Notes: generated by a model not told the origin, from the letters alone. A stretch of 64,000 nt of DNA from Candidatus Bathyarchaeota archaeon (GCA_963720565.1 CAVRFW010000005.1:192001-256000); one strand, 5' to 3'. Counted from the stretch's first letter, positions 10,502 through 20,314 are shown. A program made the numbers and translations.

Positions 10502-11527
10502 TTAGGTAATTGCGTCCGCGATGGCTTCTGCCATGCCTGTGGTTGTTCGGTTTCCGCCCAGGTCTGGGATTGTGTTGCCGTTTTGCAGTGTCTTAACTAC
10601 AGCGTTTTCTATGGCAGTAGCTGCTTTGATGCATTCTTGGTCTTTGTATGTTTCACCTAGCCATTCTAGCATCATTCTTGCAGCTAGTATTTCTGATAGG
10701 GGGTTTGCTGTTTGCTTGCCTGCTCTATTAGGTGCTGAACCGTGAATTGGCTCGAAGAGGGCGAATTTGTCTCCTACGTTTGCTCCTGGGGCCATGCCTA
10801 AACCGCCGACTAGCTGTGCGGCTTCGTCGGATAAGATGTCGCCAAACATGTTGCAGGTGCATAGCACGTCGAATTCTTGGGGTTCTTTTATGAGGCGCAT
10901 TGCTGCGGCGTCAACGTATAGTTCGTTGAAGGCTATGTCAGGGTATTCCTTTGCTTTTTCTCGGCACACGCTTGCGAACAAGCCATCGGTTACTCGCATA
11001 ACGTTAGCTTTGTGGATAGCTGTGACTTTTTTCTTGCCGTTTCGTAGTCTCGCGGTTTCGAAGGCTTTCTTGGCTATCCTTTCACAGTTTCCTCTAGTTA
11101 TTACTCTCATGCAAATGGTTGTGTCTTTTCCTATGGTGAACTCGTGACCCATGTAGACGTCTTCGGTGTTTTCTCTAACGAACATCATGTCTATGTCAGG
11201 TCGCGCTGCTGCAGCTGCTGGATAAGTCTTTATCGGTCTCAGGTTTGCGTAGAGATCAAACATCAGCCTCAGCTTTACGATTACGTCGGCAGCGGTTTCT
11301 CCGACTGGACCTTTCAAGCATACGTGTGAGGCTTTGATTTTTTCAACGCTGTCTTGAGGAAGTGCTACTCCTCGGCGCTGCAAACAGGCGTCTCCTGCTT
11401 CTGCCTCAATCATTCTGAGTTTCAATCCGAATTTTGATTGTGCTGATTTTAACACTTTCAGAGTGGCTTCGGTAAGCTCGGGTCCTATTCCGTCGCCTGG
11501 GATTACGGATATTTTGTATTCTGTCAT
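10502..11527 (-). CDS. leuB: 3-isopropylmalate dehydrogenase
   Basis: GDGIGPE, ANLRP, RENTE, HKANV, NMFGDILSD, FEPIHGSAP motifs. Confidence 0.92.
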   Translation of the reverse strand: MTEYKISVIPGDGIGPELTEATLKVLKSAQSKFGLKLRMIEAEAGDACLQRRGVALPQDSVEKIKASHVCLKGPVGETAADVIVKLRLMFDLYANLRPIKTYPAAAAARPDIDMMFVRENTEDVYMGHEFTIGKDTTICMRVITRGNCERIAKKAFETARLRNGKKKVTAIHKANVMRVTDGLFASVCREKAKEYPDIAFNELYVDAAAMRLIKEPQEFDVLCTCNMFGDILSDEAAQLVGGLGMAPGANVGDKFALFEPIHGSAPNRAGKQTANPLSEILAARMMLEWLGETYKDQECIKAATAIENAVVKTLQNGNTIPDLGGNRTTTGMAEAIADAIT

Positions 11528-12021
11528 TTCTTGTTCAACCTTTTGCGCAAGTTTTCTATTAGTCCTCCGTCCACAAGTATTTCTACTATGAAGGAAGGCA
11601 GTTTCGTAACGTGAAAACTCTGTTTCTTTGAGATGTTTTCTACTTTACCAGTCTCAAAGTCTACCTCGAGTTTGTCACCGTTATCTGTAGCTGCTGAGAT
11701 TCCTTTGCACTCGATTACGGGTAAGCCAATGTTTATGGCGTTGCGGAAGAAAATCCGCGCGAAAGACTCGGCCAAGACGCATTGAACACCAGCGTACTTT
11801 AGTGCTAGGGGCGCCTGTTCTCGGCTGCTGCCGCATCCGAAGTTTTTTCCGCCCACTACAATTACGCCCTTTCTTGCTTTGTCTGGAAATCCGGGGTCTA
11901 AGCCTTCCATTGCATGTTTCGCCAAGTCTTTGGGGTCGATTAGGACTAGGTATTTTCCTGGCAGAATCACGTCTGTGTCCACGTTGTCTCCGAATTTGAT
12001 TGCTGTTCCGGTCGCCTTCAT
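11524..12021 (-). CDS. leuD: 3-isopropylmalate dehydratase small subunit
   Basis: NVDTDVILP, NFGCGSSREQA, SFARIFFRNAIN; start moved to ATG 12021 (ATGA overlap with leuC stop). Confidence 0.95.
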   Translation of the reverse strand: MKATGTAIKFGDNVDTDVILPGKYLVLIDPKDLAKHAMEGLDPGFPDKARKGVIVVGGKNFGCGSSREQAPLALKYAGVQCVLAESFARIFFRNAINIGLPVIECKGISAATDNGDKLEVDFETGKVENISKKQSFHVTKLPSFIVEILVDGGLIENLRKRLNKK

Positions 12022-13292
12022 TTTTTGTATGCCTCCAGTTCCTGTGGGTCGGTTATTCTGCCGGTTAGTGCTGAAGCTGCTACTGTTGCTGGAGAAGCCA
12101 AGTAGACATTTGCTTCGGTGCTGCCCATTCTTCCTATGAAGTTGCGGTTGGAAGTGCTTACACATGTTTCGCCTTGTGCTAGTAAGCCTATGTGTCCTCC
12201 AAGGCAGGGTCCGCATGTTGATCCGCAGACTAACGCGTCCGCGTCGGTGAAGATTTCGATCAATCCTTCTTTTAACGCTTGAGCGTATGTTTCTTTGGAA
12301 GCAGGAATCACGAGTGCTCTTACGCCGTCTTTGACTTTTTTACCTTTCAGAATTTCCGCTGCCAACCTCAGGTCTTCGATTCTCCCGTTGGTGCAGGAAC
12401 CGATGAAAGCTTGATCTACCTGGACGTTGCCTAATTCAGAAACAGGTTTCACATTGTCAACTGAGGATGGACATGCGACCTGGGAGCCTAAACCTGAGAC
12501 ATCTACGTCGATGATTTTCTCGTAGGTTGCATCAGGATCGCTTTCTAAGGATTCAAACGGCTTCAAGGTTTTCTCTGTTCTTCCTTCAAGGAACCTCTTT
12601 GTTGTTTCGTCCGGTTCTACAATGCCGTTTTTGGCGCCCATTTCAACTGTCATGTTGCACAGGGTCATTCTGCCCGCCATGCTCATCTCTTGAATTATTG
12701 GCCCGCAGAACTCGACGCTCTTGTACGTTGCACCATCTGCGCCTATCTTGCCGATTAGGTGCAGGATCAAGTCTTTGGGTGTTACGTATTTCTTGAACTC
12801 TCCTGTTGCATTTATCTTGATTGATTCTGGTACTTTTAGCCAAATTTTGCCAGTGGCAAAGACGCCTGCCGCTTCGGTTGAGCCTATGCCCGTGGCGAAG
12901 GCGCCGAAGGCGCCGTAAGTGCAGGTGTGCGAGTCAGCGCCAACGATTACTGTGCCAGGTAGGACATGCCCTTTCTCAGGCATTACCTGGTGGCAGATTC
13001 CGCCCTTGCCCACATCATAGATCTGAATGTTCTGTTCTTTGGCGAAGTGGCGCATCATCTTGTGCAGTTCCGCAGCTTTGACTGATTCAGCTGGGACCTG
13101 ATGATCCAGAACTACCACTGCTTTTTGGCTGTTCCATATTTTCTTTAAGCCTATTTTTTTGAAGGCTTCAACCGCTAAGGGTCCAGTTAAGTCGTGGACC
13201 ATTAGCATGTCTACGTTGGCGTCAACGATATCTCCAGGGCTTACACTGCTTTTTCTGGATGCGTTGGCCAAGATTTTTTCTGTTATGTTCAT
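12018..13292 (-). CDS. leuC: 3-isopropylmalate dehydratase large subunit
   Basis: GADSHTCTYG, FIGSCTNGR, CGPCLG, TSNRNF aconitase-family motifs. Confidence 0.95.
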   Translation of the reverse strand: MNITEKILANASRKSSVSPGDIVDANVDMLMVHDLTGPLAVEAFKKIGLKKIWNSQKAVVVLDHQVPAESVKAAELHKMMRHFAKEQNIQIYDVGKGGICHQVMPEKGHVLPGTVIVGADSHTCTYGAFGAFATGIGSTEAAGVFATGKIWLKVPESIKINATGEFKKYVTPKDLILHLIGKIGADGATYKSVEFCGPIIQEMSMAGRMTLCNMTVEMGAKNGIVEPDETTKRFLEGRTEKTLKPFESLESDPDATYEKIIDVDVSGLGSQVACPSSVDNVKPVSELGNVQVDQAFIGSCTNGRIEDLRLAAEILKGKKVKDGVRALVIPASKETYAQALKEGLIEIFTDADALVCGSTCGPCLGGHIGLLAQGETCVSTSNRNFIGRMGSTEANVYLASPATVAASALTGRITDPQELEAYKK

Positions 13293-13399
13293 GGTTTCGC
13301 CTCTTTTTCAATTAGCATGAAGACGTTCCTCGATGAATACCGCTATTGGAGCAAATCCATCTGGCTGTGAGTTAAGGATTTCCGTTAGGTTTGCGTTTT

Positions 13400-13912
13400 T
13401 TACTCGTCGATTCTGATTGACCTTATCCCTCGTGAAAGGGCTGTCAGTCCTGTTCGGGCGAGTTCCAGTATGCCGTAGCTTTTCATTAGGTTGAGAAAAG
13501 CGTCTATTTTGTCCGGAGTTCCAGTGATTTCTATGGTTAATGTTTCCGGTGAAACATCAATCACGTGACCTCGGAACACTTCTACACAGTTGATTATGTC
13601 TGATCGGGTTTTCGTGTCTGGAACATTTACTTTGATCAGCGCTAGTTCTCTTGTGACGATACTTTCTGACTCCAGACTTGTGACTTTTACGACGTCTATT
13701 AGTTTGTTCATTTGCTTGACTATTTGTTCCAGGGTTTTGTCATCGCCGCTTACGGTTATGGTCATTCTGGTTATGCCCTTCTGTTCCGTGTGTCCGACCG
13801 TGATGCTTTCGATGTTAAATCCCCTGCGCCGGAACATGTTAGCTACGCTGTGCAATACTCCTGGCTTGTTTTCAACTAGTGCAGCAATGACTTTGGTTTT
13901 TCCGTTTTCCAT
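13400..13912 (-). CDS. ilvN: Acetolactate synthase small (regulatory) subunit
   Basis: ENKPGVL, RRGFNIESI, RELALIKV, ELARTG. Confidence 0.96.
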   Translation of the reverse strand: MENGKTKVIAALVENKPGVLHSVANMFRRRGFNIESITVGHTEQKGITRMTITVSGDDKTLEQIVKQMNKLIDVVKVTSLESESIVTRELALIKVNVPDTKTRSDIINCVEVFRGHVIDVSPETLTIEITGTPDKIDAFLNLMKSYGILELARTGLTALSRGIRSIRIDE

Positions 13913-15624
13913 TAATAGTCACCTACCTGCTGGTTTAAGCCACAACCCGGAGGAACCATGGGCACTACGTTTTCTTCTGAGGAGATTGGCACGTCGATGA
14001 CTGTTGTGACCTTGCTCTTCAGTGCTTTTTCAACGGCTTTTTGAAATTCTGCGACTGAGCCTACGCGGAATCCTTGAGCTCCGTACGCTTCTGCGAGTTT
14101 GACCAAGTCTGGATATGCACCAAGTTTAACTGCCATATAGCGGCTCTTGTAGAACATGCGTTGCCACTGGGCAACCATGCCTAAGACGCCGTTGTTGAGA
14201 ACGATAACGGTAACGGGTATGTCTTCGATTACGCTACACGCGAGTTCCTGTTCGGTCATAATGAAGCTGCCGTCGCCAGCTATGTCCACAACGTGTCGGT
14301 TGGGGCAGGCTGTTTTGGCGCCGATTGCTGCTGGGAAACCGAAGCCCATGGTGCCTAAGCCGCCGCTGCTTATGAACGTACGTGGTTTTATCGCTTTGAA
14401 GTAGAGCCCAGACCACATTTGGTTTTGTCCGACTTCTGTTGTGACTATGGTATCTTCTGGTAGGAGCTTCCGCAGCGCTTGCAGTAGTGGTTTAGGTTTC
14501 AGTTCTTTTGCTTCTCCGTTTTGCAGTGGATTGAGTAGTTGACGCGCTTCTTTGACGCGGCTAACCCAGGGTGAATCAGTCTTCTTTTTAGCTTGTTGGA
14601 TTAGGCGTTCGTAGATTGCGCTTAGGGCTTTTTTTGCGTCTGCAACTATGGGTATGTCTACTTCTATGTTTTTGCCGATTTCTGCGGCGTCGATGTCGAC
14701 GTGAATTTTTTTAGCTTCGGGGCAGAATGTGTCAGTATTACCTGTGGCGCGGTCTGAGAAACGTGTTCCAACTGCAAGCATCACGTCAGCTTCCAAAAGC
14801 AGTTTGTTGGCGAGGGGATTTCCATGCATGCCGATATTGCCAATGCTGAGGGGATGGATTTCTGGAAAGCTGCCCTTTCCCATGAAGGTGGTAGCAACGG
14901 GCGCCAGTAGTAGCTCGGCTACAGTTAGAAGTTCGTCTGATGCGTTGGCAGTAATAGTTCCGCCACCCGCGAGGATTACTGGTCTTTCTGCTTCGGCGAG
15001 TAGCTCAGAGGCTTTACGTATTTGAAGCGGATGTGGGTTGCCTGGGGGTTTGTAACCTCGGATGTCGATTTTATCCGAGAACTCGATTTGACCTACTTCA
15101 GCCTGAATGTTTTTTGGGAAGTCGATGAGGACAGGTCCCGGTCTGCCGGTGGTAGCGATGTAGAATGCAGAGTTAACTGTTAGCGGTATCTCGGATGGTG
15201 TGCGTATCTGATAGTTGTACTTTGTTATTGGGGTGGTGATGCCTATGATGTCGGCTTCCTGAAAAGCGTCTCTGCCGATCATGTATGTTGTATTGACGCC
15301 GCTGGATGGGACTTGCCCCGTTAACGCGATGACTGGCGAACTGTCCATATAGGCGTTTGCTATGCCAGTCACTAGGTTTGTTGCACCTGGACCGCTTGTG
15401 GCGAAGCAGACGCCGGCTCTACCGCTTGCGCGTGCATAGCCGTCAGCTGCGTGTGCAGCTCCCTGTTCGTGTCTGGCTAGAATGTGTCTAATACGCGGAT
15501 GATTGCATAGGGCATCGTATACGGGTAGGATTGCTCCCCCTAAGATGCCGAATACTTCTTTGACGCCTTGTCGTTCAAGTGAATCTAGTAGCGCATTTGC
15601 GCCTGTCATTTTTGTTGTTGTCAT
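13912..15624 (-). CDS. ilvB: Acetolactate synthase large subunit
   Basis: RHEQGA, TSGPGATN, FQEAD, SGGLGTMGFG, GDGSF, LGMVAQWQ. Confidence 0.97.
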   Translation of the reverse strand: MTTTKMTGANALLDSLERQGVKEVFGILGGAILPVYDALCNHPRIRHILARHEQGAAHAADGYARASGRAGVCFATSGPGATNLVTGIANAYMDSSPVIALTGQVPSSGVNTTYMIGRDAFQEADIIGITTPITKYNYQIRTPSEIPLTVNSAFYIATTGRPGPVLIDFPKNIQAEVGQIEFSDKIDIRGYKPPGNPHPLQIRKASELLAEAERPVILAGGGTITANASDELLTVAELLLAPVATTFMGKGSFPEIHPLSIGNIGMHGNPLANKLLLEADVMLAVGTRFSDRATGNTDTFCPEAKKIHVDIDAAEIGKNIEVDIPIVADAKKALSAIYERLIQQAKKKTDSPWVSRVKEARQLLNPLQNGEAKELKPKPLLQALRKLLPEDTIVTTEVGQNQMWSGLYFKAIKPRTFISSGGLGTMGFGFPAAIGAKTACPNRHVVDIAGDGSFIMTEQELACSVIEDIPVTVIVLNNGVLGMVAQWQRMFYKSRYMAVKLGAYPDLVKLAEAYGAQGFRVGSVAEFQKAVEKALKSKVTTVIDVPISSEENVVPMVPPGCGLNQQVGDY

Positions 15625-15854
15625 TCTTTTTGCTCCTTAGGTCAAGAAAGTGACGGTGTGCATTTCGTGGAACTTTATTGTTCGAGAAGTTGAATTTAAT
15701 GGTTTCTCGGAGGCAGTTTTAGAAGGTTCCCTGGGTGATTTGGAGAATGAGTACCCGACGATCCCAACTATTGAGGTGGCGATCCCTCATTTCAATTTTC
15801 CTCCGCGAAACTCCACGTACCGTGAAAAACCTAACATTCCACTCCAGATAAAAA
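15625..15854 (-). promoter_or_regulatory. ilvB promoter and ~200-nt structured leader
   Basis: TATA-like TTTTTAT at 15848-15854; nested complementary pairs 15800-15811/15702-15713 (11 of 12), 15812-15817/15666-15671, 15819-15823/15653-15657; ilvB SD AAGGAG at 15633-15638. Confidence 0.6.
15719..15790 (-). CDS. Putative ilv leader peptide MRDRHLNSWDRRVLILQITQGTF (23 aa)
   Basis: ATG at 15790 preceded by GGAGG (15800-15804, 9-nt spacer); TAA at 15719-15721; V-L-I-L-Q-I codon cluster; lies in the ilvB 5' leader; absent from ORF track. Confidence 0.6.
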   Translation of the reverse strand: MRDRHLNSWDRRVLILQITQGTF

Positions 15855-15964
15855 CATTACGGTGCTCCAATCTACGTCAAGGCAGTTGGCAAAACGCTGT
15901 AGTTTGAGAGCGCCTATTTTTGAGCTTTCAGCCTGTTGCATCTGTTCTTTTTGCTGTTCTGTTG

Positions 15965-17593
15965 TTAATCCATTGGTGTAGGTGAATACCGCGATAGGTA
16001 ACCTTTTGTTACTTTCTGTTTTTTCGGCTTCCAGGCTGCCATTCGCTTCTCGATTTCCTTCTCCGATAGATCCACACTCAGCTTTCGATTTGAGATGTCA
16101 ACAGTGATCTTGTCGCCGTTTTCTATGACCGCGATGGGGCCGCCCATAGCTGCTTCTGGTGTGACATGACCGACACAGGGACCTCTTGTGGCCCCTGAAA
16201 ACCTGCCGTCCGTTATCAAGGCAACAGACTCGCTTAGTCCCATACCGGCAATCGTGGCTGTGGGAACCAGCATCTCAGGCATTCCTGGTCCGCCTTTTGG
16301 GCCTTCGTAGCGAATTACCAGTACGTCGCCGGGTTTAATTTTGCGGTCTATCATTGCGGCCACAGCATCGTTCTCCGAGTCAAATACTCTTGCTGGGCCA
16401 GCATGTTTGAGCATCTTCGGCGAAACAGCCACTGTCTTTACGACAGCGCCCTTTGGCGCCAAATTTCCGGTCAATATGGCGATTCCGCCTCCAGCGTGAA
16501 CGGGGTTAGCCAACGGGTGAATCACATCGGCATTTAGAACCTTGGCGTTTTTGATGTTCTCGCCAACCGTTTTGGTAGTGACCGTGAGTGCGTCAAAGTG
16601 CAGGAATGGTGTGAGCTCTTTCTCCAAGGCTGGCAAGCCTCCGGCCATATCCAGATCTTCCATGTCGAACGGTCCGCTGGGAACCATGTTGCAGAGGTGC
16701 GGAACTCGCCTGCTCATCTCGTCAAAAACGCTCAAAGGCAATGTGATTCCTGCTTCTCGAGCAATAGCTGAAAGGTGTAGCACGCTGTTCGTGGAGCCTC
16801 CCAGTGCCATGTCCATCGCTATGGCGTTCTCGAAGGCTTCTTTTGTGAGGATTTGAGAAGGCTTAACGTTGCTGGAAACAAGTCCCACTATCTTCTCGCC
16901 AGTTTCTTTGGCTATCCGAAGTTTTGCCGCACTCGCAGCCAAGGCTGTTGCACAGTAAGGCAAAGACATCCCTAATGCCTCTGTCAGGCAGGCCATTGTA
17001 TTGGCCGTGAATAATCCGTTGCATGAACCGCAGCCTGGGCATGCAACATCTTCCAAACGCGTTAATTCTTCACTTGTTATTTTGTTGGCGAAGACTCTGC
17101 CCATTCCCTCAAAAACGTTGTTCACGCCGACTTTCTCGCCATCCAGTTTCCCGGATGCCATTGCGCCTCCTGTAATGGATATCGCTGGAATATCGAGTCG
17201 CGCTGCAGCCATGAGCATGCCGGGTGTTACTTTGTCGCAGTTGGAAATCAAAACAACGCCGTCCAGTCGGTGAGCTTGAACCATGATTTCGACGGAGTCA
17301 GCTATTAGTTCTCTGGAAGGAAGCGAATAGCGCATTCCTTCATGTCCCATGGCTATGCCGTCGCAAACGGCGATTGTGTTGAATTCAAATGATGTGCCGC
17401 CTGCATTGGATATTCCTTCTTTTACGGCTTCGGCTATGGTTCTTAGGTGGATATGTCCTGGAACGATTGTTGTGTAGCTGTTCGCTATGCCTATGAATGG
17501 TTTTGCTATTTCTTTGTTTGTTAGTCCTAGTGCTTTTAGGAGTGCTCGGTGGGGTGCTCTTGCCATTCCTTGTTTTATTTCGTCGCTTCTCAT
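15965..17593 (-). CDS. ilvD: Dihydroxy-acid dehydratase
   Basis: [41 protein letters not shown] motifs. Confidence 0.97.
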   Translation of the reverse strand: MRSDEIKQGMARAPHRALLKALGLTNKEIAKPFIGIANSYTTIVPGHIHLRTIAEAVKEGISNAGGTSFEFNTIAVCDGIAMGHEGMRYSLPSRELIADSVEIMVQAHRLDGVVLISNCDKVTPGMLMAAARLDIPAISITGGAMASGKLDGEKVGVNNVFEGMGRVFANKITSEELTRLEDVACPGCGSCNGLFTANTMACLTEALGMSLPYCATALAASAAKLRIAKETGEKIVGLVSSNVKPSQILTKEAFENAIAMDMALGGSTNSVLHLSAIAREAGITLPLSVFDEMSRRVPHLCNMVPSGPFDMEDLDMAGGLPALEKELTPFLHFDALTVTTKTVGENIKNAKVLNADVIHPLANPVHAGGGIAILTGNLAPKGAVVKTVAVSPKMLKHAGPARVFDSENDAVAAMIDRKIKPGDVLVIRYEGPKGGPGMPEMLVPTATIAGMGLSESVALITDGRFSGATRGPCVGHVTPEAAMGGPIAVIENGDKITVDISNRKLSVDLSEKEIEKRMAAWKPKKQKVTKGYLSRYSPTPMD

Positions 17594-17621
17594 TTTTCTG
17601 ATCCGTCCGTACTATGACACC

Positions 17622-17640
17622 ATAAATTTTATATTTAAGC
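17622..17640. promoter_or_regulatory. Shared AT-rich TATA region between divergent ilvD and cimA
   Basis: ATAAATTTTATATTTAAG reads as a TATA box on both strands in a 54-bp intergenic gap. Confidence 0.55.
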
Positions 17641-17647
17641 ATGGTGC

Positions 17648-19219
17648 TTGGAAGTGAACATCGTAAGTGATGAAAAATGGGGTATTGCTTTATCTAATCG
17701 CTTCCCTGAGAAGATAAGAATTTTTGACACCACCCTAAGAGATGGGGAACAGACCCCTGGAGTATCTTTAACACCTGAAAATAAACTGCGGATAGCGCAG
17801 CGTCTAGACGAGCTTGGTGTGGATGTTATCGAGGCTGGTTTTGCAGCTGTTTCTGATGGTGAGATGGAAGGAGTAGCGCTGATTGCCAGGCAGGGTTTGA
17901 AGGCGGAGATTTGTAGTGCTGCAAGAGGCGTGAAAGGCGACATTGATGCCGTGGTCAGGAGTGGCGCTGATAGTGTCCATTTGATTATACCTACTTCTGA
18001 TCTTCATATTGAGTGCAAGCTAAAGAAGACGCGGGATCAAGTACTGCAGATTACTGAAGACTGCGTAAGGTATGCTAAAGACCAAGGGTTGATCGTGGAG
18101 CTTTCAGCTGAAGACGCTACAAGGTCTGAGAGGGATTTTCTGAAGAGTGTCTTTAGAACAGGAATTGCTGCTGGAGCTGACCGAGTAGTCGCGTGCGATA
18201 CTGTCGGCGTTTTGACGCCTGAAAAATCATATGCGCTTTTCGCTGACTTGCGAAAGTCGCTTAAGGTTCCCGTGGTAAGCGTTCACTGTCATAACGATTT
18301 CGGTATGGCAGTGGCGAACTCGATCGCTGCTATAAGGGGCGGTGCGAACCAGTTTCACGCTACGATTAACGGTTTAGGCGAAAGGGCTGGAAACGCCTCT
18401 TTGGAAGAGATTGTGATCGGGCTGAAGTCGTTATACAAGCTTGATCTTAACGTAAAGACAGACTTGCTTTACAGCACATCACAGCTTGTGTCGCGGCTAA
18501 CTGGGGTTTACCTGCAACCTAACAAGGCGATAGTGGGCGAAAACGCTTTCACCCATGAGTCTGGGATTCACACGCAAGGTTTGTTGGCTAATCCTTTGAC
18601 TTACGAGTCTATTTCGCCAGAATTAGTTGGTGGTACAAGACGAATTTCAGCGGGAAAACACTCTGGAACGCATGGAATACGTGATGCACTCGAGAAGTTT
18701 GGTTTGAATCCGACAGATAAACAGTTTAAAGAGATCTTCCTCAGAGTGAAAAGCGTGGGAGACAAAGGCAAAACAGTTATGGATGCAGATGTGCTGGCGA
18801 TTGCAGAAAGCGTTATGGGCTTAAGCAAGGAAAAACCGATACAGCTGCAGGAGCTCACAGTCGTCGCTGGAGACAAAGTCACGTCCACAGCTTCAGTGCG
18901 ACTTAAGCTTAATGAGAAGGAAGTTTGGGGCGCAGCTATAGGGGTGGGTCCGGTAGACGCTGCCATAAACGCTGTGAAAAAAGCCATCCAAGAAGTGCAG
19001 CCGATTCATTTGGAGCAGTACAACGTCAAGGCGATTACAGGGGGAACTGACGCCATGGTTGAAGTTGTGGTGCGCATGAGGAAAGGCGGCAGAACAGCGA
19101 CTGCGATGGGTGTTCGTGAGGACATTGTGATGGCAAGCATGGATGCAGTGCTCAGCGCCATGAACGTGTTATCCACAGACTATAACGGCGTAAACAACAA
19201 ACCAGCAAAACAGCGTTAA
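17648..19219 (+). CDS. cimA: (R)-citramalate synthase (LeuA paralog)
   Basis: DTTLRDGEQ with VHLIIPTS, ELSAEDATR and CDTVGVLTP segments typical of archaeal CimA; exact start uncertain (TTG 17648 or GTG 17654). Confidence 0.78.
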   Translation: MEVNIVSDEKWGIALSNRFPEKIRIFDTTLRDGEQTPGVSLTPENKLRIAQRLDELGVDVIEAGFAAVSDGEMEGVALIARQGLKAEICSAARGVKGDIDAVVRSGADSVHLIIPTSDLHIECKLKKTRDQVLQITEDCVRYAKDQGLIVELSAEDATRSERDFLKSVFRTGIAAGADRVVACDTVGVLTPEKSYALFADLRKSLKVPVVSVHCHNDFGMAVANSIAAIRGGANQFHATINGLGERAGNASLEEIVIGLKSLYKLDLNVKTDLLYSTSQLVSRLTGVYLQPNKAIVGENAFTHESGIHTQGLLANPLTYESISPELVGGTRRISAGKHSGTHGIRDALEKFGLNPTDKQFKEIFLRVKSVGDKGKTVMDADVLAIAESVMGLSKEKPIQLQELTVVAGDKVTSTASVRLKLNEKEVWGAAIGVGPVDAAINAVKKAIQEVQPIHLEQYNVKAITGGTDAMVEVVVRMRKGGRTATAMGVREDIVMASMDAVLSAMNVLSTDYNGVNNKPAKQR

Positions 19220-19328
19220 GAAAAGCAGTCAAACAAAAAACCTCATTTTATTTCAAAACTTTTGTTTCTAATGCATAGGTATTCGTGAATAGCTCTCAAC
19301 AGTAATGTCCTTAGTTCGCTGGCAAGGA

Positions 19329-20099
19329 TTATGCGCTTGTTTTGGGGGGTGGCTGTATGCGTCTGCCGAGTTTTATGCGTAGGGCTACGCGGTATAGTTT
19401 TCTTAGCGACTTGACTAGTTGTTCGAGGTTTGGGGCGTCGGAGTAGATGAGTGGTATCTGCTCGTATTCTGCTAGTTTTGTGGCTGCCTCGTTGGGTTTT
19501 ATGCGGTGAAAAACTATCACTCGAGGTTTGAGGCTGCTGACGCGCACGATCATCATCGGGAGTACTCCGTCTTCGATGTTTGTGAAGACAAGAGCCCGGT
19601 CAGTTGAGGCTCCAAATAATTGGGCGTATTCCAAGCCTGACAATGCTTCAACTGCTTTTCGGCTGTCGACTACGGTGTAACCGTTGATTTCCTTCACGTA
19701 CTTGTCTGGGCTGGTTACCATTTCGCCGTTTATTGCTCGGCATAGGTATTCGACACGAACTGGAATCGGAAACTCTCTTAGGTCCACAATTGCCATGCTT
19801 GGTGAACTTGTTAGTTTCTCGAATTCTCTGATGAAGCGGCTGCCCTTTTCTTCATCAATCTGTAGAAGCGATAGGACAAACCTTCGTATGAATTTGGCGC
19901 CTGGGCTTTCTCTTCTGCCGCTTTCATAGTCACTTATGACTGCAGAGGATGATAGGCGCATCTTTTCTGAAAGCGTTATTTGGGAAACGGCGAAGAGTTC
20001 ACGCCATCTTCTCATTGTCGCGCCGGGTTTGCTTGAAAGGATTATCTCTCCTGCGATTCTTCTCGCCAAAACTTCTCGGATACCCGGGGAAAACGACAT
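19329..20099 (-). CDS. Archaeal XRE-type HTH transcriptional regulator (COG1709-like)
   Basis: RIAGEII, WRELF..SQ, ISDYESGRR.SPG HTH, C-terminal DRALVFT; alternative GTG start at 20129. Confidence 0.85.
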   Translation of the reverse strand: MSFSPGIREVLARRIAGEIILSSKPGATMRRWRELFAVSQITLSEKMRLSSSAVISDYESGRRESPGAKFIRRFVLSLLQIDEEKGSRFIREFEKLTSSPSMAIVDLREFPIPVRVEYLCRAINGEMVTSPDKYVKEINGYTVVDSRKAVEALSGLEYAQLFGASTDRALVFTNIEDGVLPMMIVRVSSLKPRVIVFHRIKPNEAATKLAEYEQIPLIYSDAPNLEQLVKSLRKLYRVALRIKLGRRIQPPPKTSA

Positions 20100-20314
20100 G
20101 CGCAGCCCTTCAAATAGCAACCCCTTCACGGATTAAGTATAAAACTTTAGCGCTTTCCAGATACAGAATAGGCTGCCAGTATTTCCGGTTCTTGAATTGC
20201 GTTTATTAGGAAGTTTGCTCATAAAAACGGGTAACGTTCCGTGTTAAAGGATAGACTACATAGAACGTTACTAGCACCACAGTGAAACAACAAAAAAAAG
20301 GAGTGAATGGAAAA

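Noticed and set aside
11524..12216. 230-aa LeuD with long N-terminal extension (similar over-long starts for Alba, thermosome, HMG-CoA reductase, MoeB)
   Set aside because: Extensions overlap upstream genes or promoters; internal starts with SD or ATGA coupling fit family lengths
15650..15907. 85-aa + strand ORF across the ilvB-ilvD gap
   Set aside because: No SD or motif; antisense to the better-supported ilvB promoter, leader RNA and uORF
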